Notes under the pieces: generated by a model
Told to the model about the DNA's origin: nothing
The model's database searches: none
Seen by the model: the letters and a program-made list of their open reading frames with translations, nothing else
Shown here: piece after piece, positions 10,411-21,046 of the stretch
How the letters are laid out: each line of letters begins with the position of its first letter
How positions within the stretch are numbered: the stretch's first letter is position 1
Program-made: the position numbers and the translations under genes
Source of the DNA: Macrostomum hystrix
Lineage: Eukaryota; Animalia; Platyhelminthes
NCBI GenBank assembly: GCA_950097015.1
Contig: CATNEN010000005.1
Span: forward strand, 5,022,001 to 5,086,000
Direction of reading: 5' to 3'
Length of the DNA: 64,000 nucleotides

Positions 10411-13400
10411 GGGTCATTCCATATAATAACAGTCGTAACATTTATACATTGTGACTTATCAATCAATACTTTAACGATGTTTATTGGCTTCAAACTTTCG
10501 CCTATTTTAAAGCAAAAAGTGTATTGTATACCTAGAAAATGACAATTCTATGATTGCAAGTGATAAAAAGCAAATAATTGAAGGCTAAATGATCATAACA
10601 GTCGTAACAATAGAAAATGAAAAAGTTTAATGAGGAAACTTTTTTCACGAATTTACTTGATTTACAACAACTAGAGGCACAAATTTGAAAAAAATAGTGC
10701 AAAAATTCCAATATGAATAGAATAACTAGTTTAATACAGTGACACTATATGAACAATTTCTTATATTTTGTTTGTTTTGAATGTCACGGTCGTAACATTC
10801 TGGTCGTAACAATTTTTTGATACTCAATGAACCTATCTTTTTTATTCTAGACCAATGTTATTTTCCTTTATTCAATTATTTTATTATTACATTGCATCTT
10901 ATGAGTCTAAAAAATGTTTTCTGTAACATTTTTAAGATTTTTAAATTCATGACAGTCCTGGAACAAGACAGGCTCATGGGAGGCCATCAAAGCGGAAGTG
11001 ACCACGTCGATCAACTGGTACAGGTGGGCTGATAACTTTATGAATGTCAGAATGATAGTAATAAATTTCGTCCTTCTTTGCAGGCCACATAAACTGATGA
11101 TCACCAAACTTGGCCATCACATTGATTCGGTATTCAATGGTACCATCAGTTTTCTTAATTTTGGTGACTTCGCCAGGATAGTTTGAATTGTTGTAAGCGA
11201 CAAGCACCCATGTACCAATTGATATCGTGTTTAGGTCGGTCAATCCTGTTGGAGGATTCACTGATGCTGACTGCACTAGTGGCTTAGGTGGAGCAGCCAC
11301 AGCAGCAGCAGCAGCTTGTGTCTCGGCAGGATCTTTGTCGAGTACGTGCATCGTCGTTAAAGGCGACCTGTAAGTAGCTCCTGACAAGCTTGTAGACCAG
11401 AAGTGGTCCTTTTTGATATTGGCGATATACAGGGCATAAATTTTATATGTATAATAAATTAAAATGAGATTGATTTAGATATATGATATATGAATTGAGA
11501 TTGTATAATATGTTAAATTCCTACCGCTGGTGCAGCCGTCAGGATATTCGCAAATTTCTGATCATAGACAGCTTGAATCTCATCCTGGCTGATAAAATGG
11601 CATTCAATCTTACATTCCTCAACCGCTTTCATAAATTCATGCGCATTTCGCACAAGCATGCGACTTGACCGCACTTTAATACGCGCTGCACGCTTTAGAG
11701 TGCCACCAAGGCCATCAATGGCCCCTTTGCCGTGGCTGGTCGTGAAGAAGCTCCAAGTCATGCGCGATAGCTCGAATTTCTGGCGGAGCACCGAGAGCAT
11801 GAAGTGCATGTATCTGTTTTTAAATTGCGATGCAGGCCCATCGCTCCAGATGTGCACTTTCATGCCTGGTACACAGACTTTCTGTAAGTTTAAATTAGAA
11901 TGACAAATTTTCTAATCGGCAATGGAATGAATTTTCGTAAATTATGGCTGCTAAAGTTTTTTCATTTACGCTGAGCAGATGATCGATAAAGACAGATACT
12001 GTCTCTTTGCCGTGATTAGTGGTGTCGCTGATAATTGCCAACATCTTTTGACTCTCCTTCCGGTACACAGCAACCGTAAAAATGGTTACCTGTTGCTGGC
12101 ACCAGTATGCACTCTGCGTAGCGTTTTGACTAACACACGAGTAATTTTCGGAAAAATCGAAGTGGATTAGACACTCATTTTCGGCTAAATTATCCTTGTG
12201 CCACCGGTTGAAATCGGCCTGCTGACGATTGGTGAGAAAGTGCAGCAAAAAGGAAGGAAGCATGCTCAGAAGCGTTAGCAGGCCATCTTGCAGGGTACAG
12301 GTTTTTTTGTTTGGCTGCATGCGCCCTGTGTCCCGATCCACTTCCCATGCCAGATACTCAATCTGCACACCTGCTTGATCTTGAGTCGGAGCAGGAATCC
12401 GATGCCGAAGACCGGACGAGCAGTTCTCGCACGCAGCCAACCTGCAGTTCTCTGTGACAGGGCTGCACAGGACGAATTTGTCGATCCATTCGCGCGAATA
12501 CTCGTGTGCGCCTGCCATCTTTTTAGCAATGGCGTTACACAGGCTGGAATAAAATAGTGATTAAATAATTCTTATTTAGTATTTATTTTATTTTATTTGA
12601 TACAAACATATTTCAGGTATGTTCAAGTTATAGAATTAACCGACTATAGTAGCAATAAAGAATCTTACTTCTGGAAGTTGCTGTGGTACGTGCAGCAGCA
12701 TGCCTCCATCGGGGTCTGCTCCAACGTGATGACGTTGAGAGGCCGCAGGGCACAGAACTTAGATAATGAAATTCTCATGCCCTTTTCGTCTAGGAAAAGG
12801 CGATGGCCCTCCTTAAGGTTGACCAGCAAGTACCGCTTTTGTACTTTCTGGCCGTCAATTTTAATAAAATATTTTAGGCCTGGTGACCATCGGGAAATGT
12901 CGTCACGGTTATAAAATTCGAGCACGGCCTCGCGGATGACGGGATCCAGCTTTGCTCGGGTGACGGTCGCCGAATCCACAATTGTGAGGCCTAACTCGGC
13001 AGCCAGCTGGCGCACAACCGCGATGCGCCTCACAGGAGTCTCCGGCAGGGCTGCCTTACACCTAAATTTGAGGAGAATTACTTTAACGACTATTATTTAA
13101 CTTCCTCCACAAAAAAATAGAGTTCGTCATATATGTGTTATAGATAATTCGAAGATTGTATATTAGTAAAAACTGATAGTTAGGGCTATAGAATCCTGCA
13201 TTTTGTCTAGGTTACGACCAGAGCCTTCTGGTCGTAACATGCTTGTTTTAGCATGAAAGGTGATAATATGCACTATCAAAGTTTTGGAAAATGCTGGCAC
13301 AATGTAAAATGACATTTTTAAGTGCGCCCAATGTGAAATTTTAAATTCCAATTCAGAGAATAAAACTGAATGCAATAGAAACATTATGGTCGTAACATGA

Positions 13401-13759
13401 TTATTGCAACAACTTTAAAATACCGTAAAATAAGTGTTAGCTTTAAAGTATATGCATTGAATGTAAAGAGATCAGAATAGAACTTTATATACAACAAAAA
13501 CCTTAATCAAATATGAATCTAATTGCACACATGGCTTATGTAATATGCAAAATTAATTATTGTGTTTAAAATAACTTATATTAGTATAATAAGTGTGTAA
13601 TCTTTGGCAACATAATTAATGATGTTTTCTATCTCTAAAAGAACTGAGGACTATAGAATCTTGAAGTCTGAAATATTTGCTTTGATTTAAAACATATCTA
13701 AAAACACAAAAACAAAAATAATATTTTGCCTTTTTTGTCCAAGTTATATGGAATGACCC
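10411..13759. mobile_element. Sola2-like DNA transposon
   Basis: TIR GGGTCATTCCATATAA at both ends; 4-bp TSD ACTA (10407-10410, 13760-13763); subterminal GTCGTAACA repeats. Subfamily name inferred from GRG termini, 4-bp TSD and transposase motifs. Confidence 0.75.
10974..13072 (-). CDS. Multi-exon Sola2-like transposase, N-terminal exon(s) apparently missing
   Basis: ORF pieces 12665-13033, 11895-12518, 11513-11863 and 10974-11387 are separated by AT-rich GT-AG introns. Motifs CCCTYHSNF, DFSENY, WSDGPASQFKN, SHGKGAIDGLGGTLKR. Confidence 0.75.
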
Positions 13760-13835
13760 ACTAAATTTCTTCACATTCCTCTTGGTAATATAGGCTACTT
13801 TGGAATAATATACTTGCCACCATATAGATAGTATA

Positions 13836-14110
13836 TTATGAGCTTATTTGCAACTGCTTGAAAGAAGGGTACACAAACTGGATCAGCTTGGAAAGTGGCA
13901 CCTTCGCCGAAATGACAATCTCGGCAGGAAGGCAGACGGTGTCGTCCGACTGATCAGCCAACCCAGAGCCGATCTGTGTAGAATGGGCAGGAAAATGAAA
14001 GAGAATAATGCAAGCAATAGCAAAACTTACCTGCATGAGCAGATCTGCATATAGTGATAGTACAGCTCAGCATCAGCACAACATTATAGCAAACACAAAG
14101 AGGCCATCTT
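13836..14110 (-). pseudogene. Helitron PIF1-type helicase fragment (two exon remnants)
   Basis: Spliced reading YADLLMQ|IGSGLADQSDDTVCLPAEIVISAKVPLSKLIQFVYPSF resembles the LLxIGxG...LIxxVYP segment of Helitron helicases; CAG|GTAAGT donor and TACACAG acceptor present. Confidence 0.55.
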
Positions 14111-14737
14111 CCACATCAGGAGTCAATGGCCGCATCCACCATAGTCAGGAAGGTGTCCAGTGTATGCAGGAACTAATTCTGGGCAAAATTAAGCAGCCTG
14201 TATGCCAATGTACGCCAATTTTTTTAGCTTCATTTCGAACATTACGCTGTACGCTGAAGTCCTTTTTCCGCATCATTTTTGTAACAGGGCTTCTCACTCT
14301 ACTTTTTCTCTCTCTTGGTAGCGTATCTTTCGGCCTCTTCCGCTCTTTTATCTCTTTCTCTACTATTCGCACTCTCCGTACATCTTTAACTCGGTGGCCC
14401 TGAAAAGGGCCGTTTTAACTTCACAACTCTTACATTGTGAGCTTCTCCTAGGTAGCGCTTCTGCACTGGCATGAGCGGTTTATCCCTCTAAGACACTAGG
14501 TCTCCTTATTCTCCAGTCTCAACTGGGCGTTTCTCCAGGATCAGAGGGTCACAGCCTCAATCCTCGACTTATCTCCGTACTCAAATGTATCACTTTAGTA
14601 AATAACACAACCAGTTAGATTTTTCAAAGTTTTAACTCAGTTTTGCCTTCTTGGCTCACTGGCGGGTTGTATTTCTAGCCACAAATTTCTTTCACTTATA
14701 TAGTGTTCCTTAAGATTTGTTTTAATACCGTATTTTA

Positions 14738-15058
14738 CTAGAATATAAAAAATTTATAGAATATGCATATATAATATGTATCACGTAGAAAATATATTGA
14801 AGATATACCGTATAGCGAAAAAAATATAGCGCTGCTTTTGCCGCTGCCGCCGCTGCCGCTGCCGCCGCTGCCGCTGCCGCCGCTGCTGCTGTTGCTGCTT
14901 TTGCCGCCAGAAGGCAACCTTGGCCTTGTCGGTTGTCTTTCTGGGGCCTCTGCAGGCATGTTTTCATCCTCGAAGAATTCGTAGTCCTCTTGAATGGCCT
15001 TTAGGAAGGCTTCAATTTCGTCGGGCTCCTGCTGGCTATCTTCTTCGCCTTTGTTCAT
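14738..15058 (-). CDS. Small acidic ORF (106 aa) sharing the PERQPTRPRL motif with the Gypsy accessory ORFs
   Basis: TATAAATA at 15120-15127 about 62 nt upstream; same gagaATG start context as ORF 7336-8394; GSG repeat. The AT-rich C-terminus may be degenerate. Confidence 0.5.
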   Translation of the reverse strand: MNKGEEDSQQEPDEIEAFLKAIQEDYEFFEDENMPAEAPERQPTRPRLPSGGKSSNSSSGGSGSGGSGSGGSGKSSAIFFSLYGISSIYFLRDTYYICIFYKFFIF

Positions 15059-15589
15059 TCTCTTATAGTGATTTCATTGCTTGTTAACACATATCTCTCC
15101 AGGGGTCCAATTAATCCGTTATTTATACCCACCTGGGCCAAAAACTGGACCTATTCAAAGGTCTCTCGCGCCCCACCTCTTACTTTTGACACTTGAATTT
15201 TAGCCTTTGACCTGAGACTTATAATTTTACGAGCAATTCTCAACCTTTTCTAACCAGGTTGGTGTCCTTTTAAAGATTTCTTTCCGTAGATTATTGCTGA
15301 TTTTGAATCACTTTTCTAGCTTCATTATTTCATGAGATAATCGCTTTTTAATGCTTTTAATCCGCAATTAGAAACTAATTAGCACTGATCCTTATGGGAA
15401 AGTAGTTACGTCATCACTCTCACCTTTCCTAATGGCGAGGATATTGAGCTTAAATGTGCTCCCACGTTTACTCACAGTAGCACGCATAACTTATTTCTTT
15501 CAGTTTATACAACAGAAATATTCAAAGACAACACTTAATACTATTTAGTATTAATACTATTTTGATACTATTTATCAACTATTTACACA

Positions 15590-16244
15590 TGTTGTACCTG
15601 TGGTAGCGTGGCACACACAATTGGCAAAAATAACCAAGACAGGAACTAGATTCCGAGAGGAGATTTTACCGGCCTCACACGCAGATGCTTCCTAGCAGAG
15701 GAACAATCCGGTAGTCAGGCTAGATTACCTAGTTTCCTCGGTCCTATTTAGGCTCTAGCAGTAATTTCTATTACTTTGGTTCCCTGCTCTGAAGCCTGGC
15801 GATGTGCTATGCTTCTAAATGCAACACACGGCCTTGCTTCACAATAATGTTAGCAGACAAGATGTAAAGATTGCAAGAGAACACAATCGGTACCCAAAGG
15901 CATGAAGACTGAAGGACAGAAACGTGCCATATTCATACAGAAATCGTGCTACCATGATAACAATACCATCTCAAGGATTCGTCGGACTGTGCTCTACTTA
16001 TAGTAGGAGCATTTGAGCGTTGTTCTGCCAGTCTTCTTCCGAACTCAAGCGATTGCACCATGGTGTGCAATGTGACTCAGTGCGCAGACAGAGCTGGAAA
16101 GAGAGAGAGAGAGAGCGGAGGGGGTGGCGAGCGGATGTGACAGTGCACGGGCAACACTAACCACCAACCCTAGCCCTCCCACAGACCTAGAACAGCCTGA
16201 CTCACAGATTGCCTGGAGGCTGCTCAGCAGTCTACAGCACATCA
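15590..16244 (-). repeat. 3' LTR of Gypsy-2
   Basis: TG...CA; I could find only one difference from 21047-21701 by eye (taggagCat vs taggagTat). Confidence 0.95.
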
Positions 16245-16603
16245 TTCTCCTCCAGCTAAAGGATGACGGTCAACACCGGCTGGCCGTCAGCCGCACTTAA
16301 ACCAAAAACAGGTAAGCACCTTTTTATTTCTTCTCCAAATGATGGCGCACAAAACTACGAAAACAAATAACGACAACCAACTGAACCAAAAACGAGCATG
16401 ACAACTGGATAAACAAAAGAGCAGACGAACAGAGCGCAAACAGAAAGGGGACATACTACAACATCAAGAACAATAATGAAAACGGAGGGGCAGCAGTAGA
16501 AATAAACTGGGAGACACAATGGCGGCGCAAAACATAGCTTATGGCGTGCTGTGCACATTTGTAGAAACCCTACTTACACGCGACATGGACGGGACCCGGC
16601 GGG

Positions 16604-17515
16604 TTACATAGCGGCTGCTCGCATCAGTGACTCGGGCAGCCACCAACCCTCCACTAATTCAATTATGGCCTGTCCATACCTGGCCACCATGTGCTGCGGC
16701 GCCGCGGCCATACCTCCGACCATGACCTCCGCTCGGTCAGCGGCCTCGTGTGCCATTTCTCGCCTCGTGGCCCGGTCTTCAGCAGCGAAGCCCTGCTGAA
16801 CCGCGATCGGCCAGCCCTCGTCCTTCTCCTGTCGCGCCGCTCGAGCCAAGGATTCGGCCATACCCATGATGGCCACCTTTCGCGCCGGCTCCCTTAAACT
16901 CCACTGCGCCCGCCTTTGTCGGCGCCGCTGGGCACCGCCCCTTCGCCGCCTGGGCCTAGCCACGGCTGCGTCCAGTTCCTCAGGGCTGTCTTCTGATGAC
17001 GTGCTCTGTGACAGCGGGGGTTCGAGCACCGGCGGTGCCGCTGGCCCCTCCGGCTCCTCCTCGTGTCCACTAGAGCTATCTTCTAGCATTCCCTCGTCCT
17101 CAGAGGGCATGTCGAATTGCAGCTGTGCCCATATATCTTCATTCATGTCTACCTGGGCATCCATTGAGCCGCTGCTGCTACTGCTCTGAGCTGGTCGGCG
17201 CACCTGTATACCGGCCTCAGCCGTATCAGGTGCTGCCTGCACCGCCATGTTCCTTCTCTTCCCTGCTGGCCCGGCCGGCATTACAGCCGGACGTTTATTC
17301 GCCTGCTGCAAACGGGGAAGCGACGGCATGAAGTGTTTGTGCCAATTCGGTGAGCGCTGACCCAAAGGAAAGGGCGCACTATTACCGAATTGACTCCTTA
17401 GCAACTCCACCCGTCTACTTACCTCCATAGTCCCATCTAGTCTTCGCACCATGCCCATCAACCTTGGGCGCGTCGGCACTCGCTCCTGTGGTTCACAGTT
17501 CTCCTTATTTTCCAT
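16604..17515 (-). CDS. Gypsy-2 3' accessory ORF (303 aa), non-env, function unknown
   Basis: Intact ORF about 60 nt after the pol stop. KEN motif, PTRPRL, acidic tract, Arg-rich NLS-like RRRRGGAQRRRQRR, and a C-terminal domain conserved with 28144-28944. Confidence 0.85.
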   Translation of the reverse strand: MENKENCEPQERVPTRPRLMGMVRRLDGTMEVSRRVELLRSQFGNSAPFPLGQRSPNWHKHFMPSLPRLQQANKRPAVMPAGPAGKRRNMAVQAAPDTAEAGIQVRRPAQSSSSSGSMDAQVDMNEDIWAQLQFDMPSEDEGMLEDSSSGHEEEPEGPAAPPVLEPPLSQSTSSEDSPEELDAAVARPRRRRGGAQRRRQRRAQWSLREPARKVAIMGMAESLARAARQEKDEGWPIAVQQGFAAEDRATRREMAHEAADRAEVMVGGMAAAPQHMVARYGQAIIELVEGWWLPESLMRAAAM

Positions 17516-17577
17516 GCTTTATTTTTCTTCTTTTCTTTCTTTAGTGGGAACTTCCACGCCTTGATTCGGACAGGATG

Positions 17578-19593
17578 TCACTGAAACATTTTAGGTAGGC
17601 GGCGCATCATTCTGACGAAATAGGATTTTCTCCTGGGATCGACCTGCAGCCTTTCCGGCTCTCGCCTAACTCTTTGCGGCCTCTGCTGCGGCTCCTGATC
17701 CCTAGCTTCACCTATCTGAGCAGCCTCACCTACACCTTCGGCCCTAACACTTTCTGCAACTTCCCCGTGCACAGAGGATGGGATAGGGGACAGGGTTGGA
17801 GAGGGCAACGGACTGTCCGACGGCAGGACAACCACATCACCAGACGCCTCCCCCGCCTCTTCTCCGTTGCAGATCTTCTGGCCGACCGACTCGTGGAGAC
17901 TCGACCCAGAGGCAGCCCGCAAGTGCCACCTGCGTGCGCCCCTTAGGCCAATCTCGTCGCTGTCTTCTCCGTCGTTGCTGTCGTCTGGTTCGCCGGCTGC
18001 GTCAGCTATCGGAGGGCTACCCTGAGGCTGCCTTCCGCGCTTCCGCCGTGCCGTGCTCACCTCCTTTATCACCTGAAGTTGTTGACGGAGATGATGTTCT
18101 GACAACCTCAGCTCTTCCATCGGGTGTCGGGTTGCCGGGTCTTGGCGCTGAGCTTCCAGCAACTCAACCTGGCTAACCGGCACCTTCAGGACCGCTGCTC
18201 TTACCGGAGGCAGCCCTCCGCTGTACTCGTCCTCCTTGTCCTTGGACCCAGGAGCCCTGGCAGCAGGGGGTATCCTTGACAGGCGAGACTGGTCGCAACG
18301 AGTCTGACAACACCCCTCCACCTCTGCTCCCTGTCCCACGGAGAGACCAGCAGTCGGCAGGCAGGACTGGCTGCAACGAGCTAACTGCTGATCCTCCTGA
18401 CCCGAGGACCCTGACACAGCGGGATCAGTCGCTCGCAGGCAGGACTGGCTGCAACGAGCCAGCGACTTCTCCCCTGTTTCCGAGAACTCCTCGACAGCAG
18501 GATTCGGTGTCTGCAGGCAGGACTGGCTGCAACGAGCGGACACCTCCTCCTCTGTCTCCGGACACACCAGAGGCTCTGGATCCGGCGCCTGCAGGCAGGA
18601 CTGGCTGCAACGAGCGGGCACCTTCTCCTTTACCTCTGAGCCTTCAGCCACCACTTGAGTCTGCACCTGCGCCTTGGCATCACAGCCCCGCACCCAGTGC
18701 TCCTCCCTCGTGGCTCCCTGGCTCCAGCTACCTTCCGTAGCTACCGTCTGCACGGCGGCGTCCACAGTCTGCAGGCAGAACTGGCTGCGACGAGCTGACT
18801 GCGGGGCCCCGTAGACAGGTGCTTCCTGCCTCAAAGGCTGGCCTGCGGTCGTGTCTTCCTGACACCCTTGCAGCACCGCCTTGTCTTGGCGCACCTCGAC
18901 AGGCTCCAGGACTGGCGTCTCTTCCAACTCTGGCAGATGCTCAAGCTCATCTGCCTTCAAGGACCTTGCCAGCCCTACCAGTTTATTCCGACGAATGACA
19001 GCCGGAAAGCAAGAGGTGTTGATGACCTCAACACATCCTGTACCGTCAGCCATCGTCATCAATTTCGGAGTCATCCCTACCTGAGACGCTCCCGGCTTTA
19101 GTCCTGACTTCAAGGACTTGACAAACAGCGGCGTGCCGTGACAGTCTGTCCGGCCACCCGCTAGCTTCACCGCCACGAGCCTCGAAGAGCGCGCTGGCAC
19201 TGTGGTCCGCTCAAGTGAGTAGACCCGGCTGGCCCTCGCCTCTCGCCTCGTGTACCTCAGCGGTACTCTGGTTCCTGATTTCATGGTCAGCATCCCCTTC
19301 GGAAAATCAATCTTCTGGGTGTGCTGGCGCATGAAATCAATTCCTAAGATGTTCTCGTGCTCGCCCTTTGTCACGCAGAACTCGACGTCTACTGCGTAGT
19401 CGCCGAGCCTGACCTCAAAGGCGACTCGCCCTAAGACTGGCAACCGAGAACCATCGAAGTTGCACAGGGCACTCTCTCCTTTCAGCACAGCGTGCGGCAC
19501 TACATGCCGCAGAGATGCCCACGTCTCACTCCCAATCAGACAGCGCCTACTCCCTGAATCTAGGAGAAAGGGCACTGTCTTCTTGGAGACCAT
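17578..19593 (-). CDS. pol: Deleted pol: aspartic protease + Cys-repeat linker + integrase tail, in frame (671 aa)
   Basis: LLDSGS protease motif and ILGIDF. Collinear with Gypsy-3 pol except that RT/RH and the integrase core are missing. Confidence 0.9.
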   Translation of the reverse strand: MVSKKTVPFLLDSGSRRCLIGSETWASLRHVVPHAVLKGESALCNFDGSRLPVLGRVAFEVRLGDYAVDVEFCVTKGEHENILGIDFMRQHTQKIDFPKGMLTMKSGTRVPLRYTRREARASRVYSLERTTVPARSSRLVAVKLAGGRTDCHGTPLFVKSLKSGLKPGASQVGMTPKLMTMADGTGCVEVINTSCFPAVIRRNKLVGLARSLKADELEHLPELEETPVLEPVEVRQDKAVLQGCQEDTTAGQPLRQEAPVYGAPQSARRSQFCLQTVDAAVQTVATEGSWSQGATREEHWVRGCDAKAQVQTQVVAEGSEVKEKVPARCSQSCLQAPDPEPLVCPETEEEVSARCSQSCLQTPNPAVEEFSETGEKSLARCSQSCLRATDPAVSGSSGQEDQQLARCSQSCLPTAGLSVGQGAEVEGCCQTRCDQSRLSRIPPAARAPGSKDKEDEYSGGLPPVRAAVLKVPVSQVELLEAQRQDPATRHPMEELRLSEHHLRQQLQVIKEVSTARRKRGRQPQGSPPIADAAGEPDDSNDGEDSDEIGLRGARRWHLRAASGSSLHESVGQKICNGEEAGEASGDVVVLPSDSPLPSPTLSPIPSSVHGEVAESVRAEGVGEAAQIGEARDQEPQQRPQRVRREPERLQVDPRRKSYFVRMMRRLPKMFQ
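18355..18620 (-). repeat. 78-bp coding repeat (ARCSQSCL motif every 26 aa)
   Basis: GCAGGACTGGCTGCAACGAG at 18361, 18439, 18517 and 18595 with divergent in-frame intervening sequence; related units at about 18775 and in Gypsy-3 at 30880-31165. Confidence 0.92.
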
Positions 19594-19694
19594 CGCCGTT
19601 ACATAGGGGTCAGCGTTGGAGGCATACCAACGCTCGAGGAAGCTGGTGCTAGGAGAGCCCCTACCCTCTCCTCCAGCTTGCTCCTCAGTTCCCC

Positions 19695-20984
19695 TCAGGC
19701 CCGTCCAGGAACTGGACTGCGAGGGGCATCGCCTTCCATGCTCCTCGCCGTCCCGTTTCCCGACGTCTGAGTGCCTTGGGCCTGCAGCTCGGACTGCTGC
19801 CTGGGCTCTTGCCGTTGCTCTCTCAGGTACCCCTGTGCGTGGTGCTCATAACGCGGCTTAGGTGGCCTCGTCGGGCAATCACGCCTCAGGTGTCCAAACT
19901 TTCCGCAACCAAAGCATGCCCCTCTTGGCGGCGCCGGTCCTTCCTGCTGCACGGCTCCCTGTGGTCGACTGAGTGCCTGGACCAGCATCTCCTGCATCTC
20001 TTGCTGATGCTGAAGCTGCTGTCCCTGCACTTCGACCATCTTGGTCATCAGCGATTCGAGTCCCTTCAGCGCAGCGGTAACACCTTGCGGTGGCGGCCGC
20101 GCATTCAGGTCCTCGTCGTCGCCGTGCACCATCCGAGCCGGCCCATCCTTCGCCCTCTGGACTGCATCGTCGACCACCTCTAGGCGCTTTAGCTCTCGCC
20201 TAGCCTCCAGGAGTGTCCTAGGGCGAGTCCGCAGTAGGTGCTTGCGGTTCTCAACCGAAGTGCAAGCTCCCTTAATAAACTGGTCGACCAACTCATAGTC
20301 CAGGTCTCTCTGGCGAAGGTTGGTATAGGCCTGCTCACCGAGTCCCTGCAACACATCAGCATAGTCATCAAGCGTTTCCGCTTTCTTCTGATAGCGATTG
20401 CGGAACTCGTCTCGGTACTCCTCAGGGCTACTCAGCTGCGCGAATCGCTCCACAATACGCTCCTTGAATTGGGCATACGTGAGCTCTTCGGGCAGCCTCA
20501 TCCTGAGGACGGCATTCAGGCACTGTACATCGAGGTGGTCGAGTAGAAGGGCCTTGCGTGTCTCCGAACTGCGAATCGCAGCCCGGGCGCAATACGCTTC
20601 AAACGCCTCCACCCACAGATGTACGTCCTGGCCCCGAGAAAACTTGGCAATCTTCGCCGTCCTACCTTGTTGTTGTTCCACCTGCTTCTCCATCAGGTTG
20701 AGCATCCGGTACACCAGGTCAGCCGTCGCCCTGTCGTCCAGCCTCGGTCGTCGTCGCCTTGCTGCCGCTGCCGCTGCGCCCCGGTCGTCGTCCTCGCCGC
20801 CGGACTGGTCGTCGTCGCCGAAGTCGCTCTCGCCGTCCTCGCCGTCGCCGACACAGTCGTTGCCGCGGCCGTTCCACCGACTCCTGCCCGCAGCTTCCTG
20901 CAGCGCACAGCCACCGCGAGACTCCTTGCTCCGGGCTACCTGCTGCCTCTCCTCCCTCTCCGAATCCAATTCCTCTTGGGACAT
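19695..20984 (-). CDS. gag: Gypsy-2 gag (429 aa)
   Basis: Directly after PBS; capsid-like region (DVHLWVEAFE...) and CCHC knuckle CFGCGKFGHLRRDC. Confidence 0.93.
   Translation of the reverse strand: MSQEELDSEREERQQVARSKESRGGCALQEAAGRSRWNGRGNDCVGDGEDGESDFGDDDQSGGEDDDRGAAAAAARRRRPRLDDRATADLVYRMLNLMEKQVEQQQGRTAKIAKFSRGQDVHLWVEAFEAYCARAAIRSSETRKALLLDHLDVQCLNAVLRMRLPEELTYAQFKERIVERFAQLSSPEEYRDEFRNRYQKKAETLDDYADVLQGLGEQAYTNLRQRDLDYELVDQFIKGACTSVENRKHLLRTRPRTLLEARRELKRLEVVDDAVQRAKDGPARMVHGDDEDLNARPPPQGVTAALKGLESLMTKMVEVQGQQLQHQQEMQEMLVQALSRPQGAVQQEGPAPPRGACFGCGKFGHLRRDCPTRPPKPRYEHHAQGYLREQRQEPRQQSELQAQGTQTSGNGTARSMEGDAPRSPVPGRA
19719..19761 (-). promoter_or_regulatory. -1 programmed ribosomal frameshift signal (gag/pol)
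   Basis: G GGA AAC slippery heptamer in the gag frame, 6-nt spacer, GC-rich hairpin; the -1 frame is open into the protease. Confidence 0.8.
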
Positions 20985-21046
20985 GGCGTTCGTATCCGCA
21001 GTGAATGAGTAAAAGGCTAACTCGAATCACACCGCTTTGCCACCAA

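Noticed and set aside
16604-17515. Accessory ORF as an env gene
   Set aside because: No signal peptide, furin site or transmembrane segment; composition suggests a disordered nuclear protein.
18355-18620. Repeat-spacer pattern resembling a CRISPR array
   Set aside because: Exact 78-bp (26-codon) period inside an open pol frame of a eukaryotic retrotransposon; no cas genes or leader; spacers are coding.
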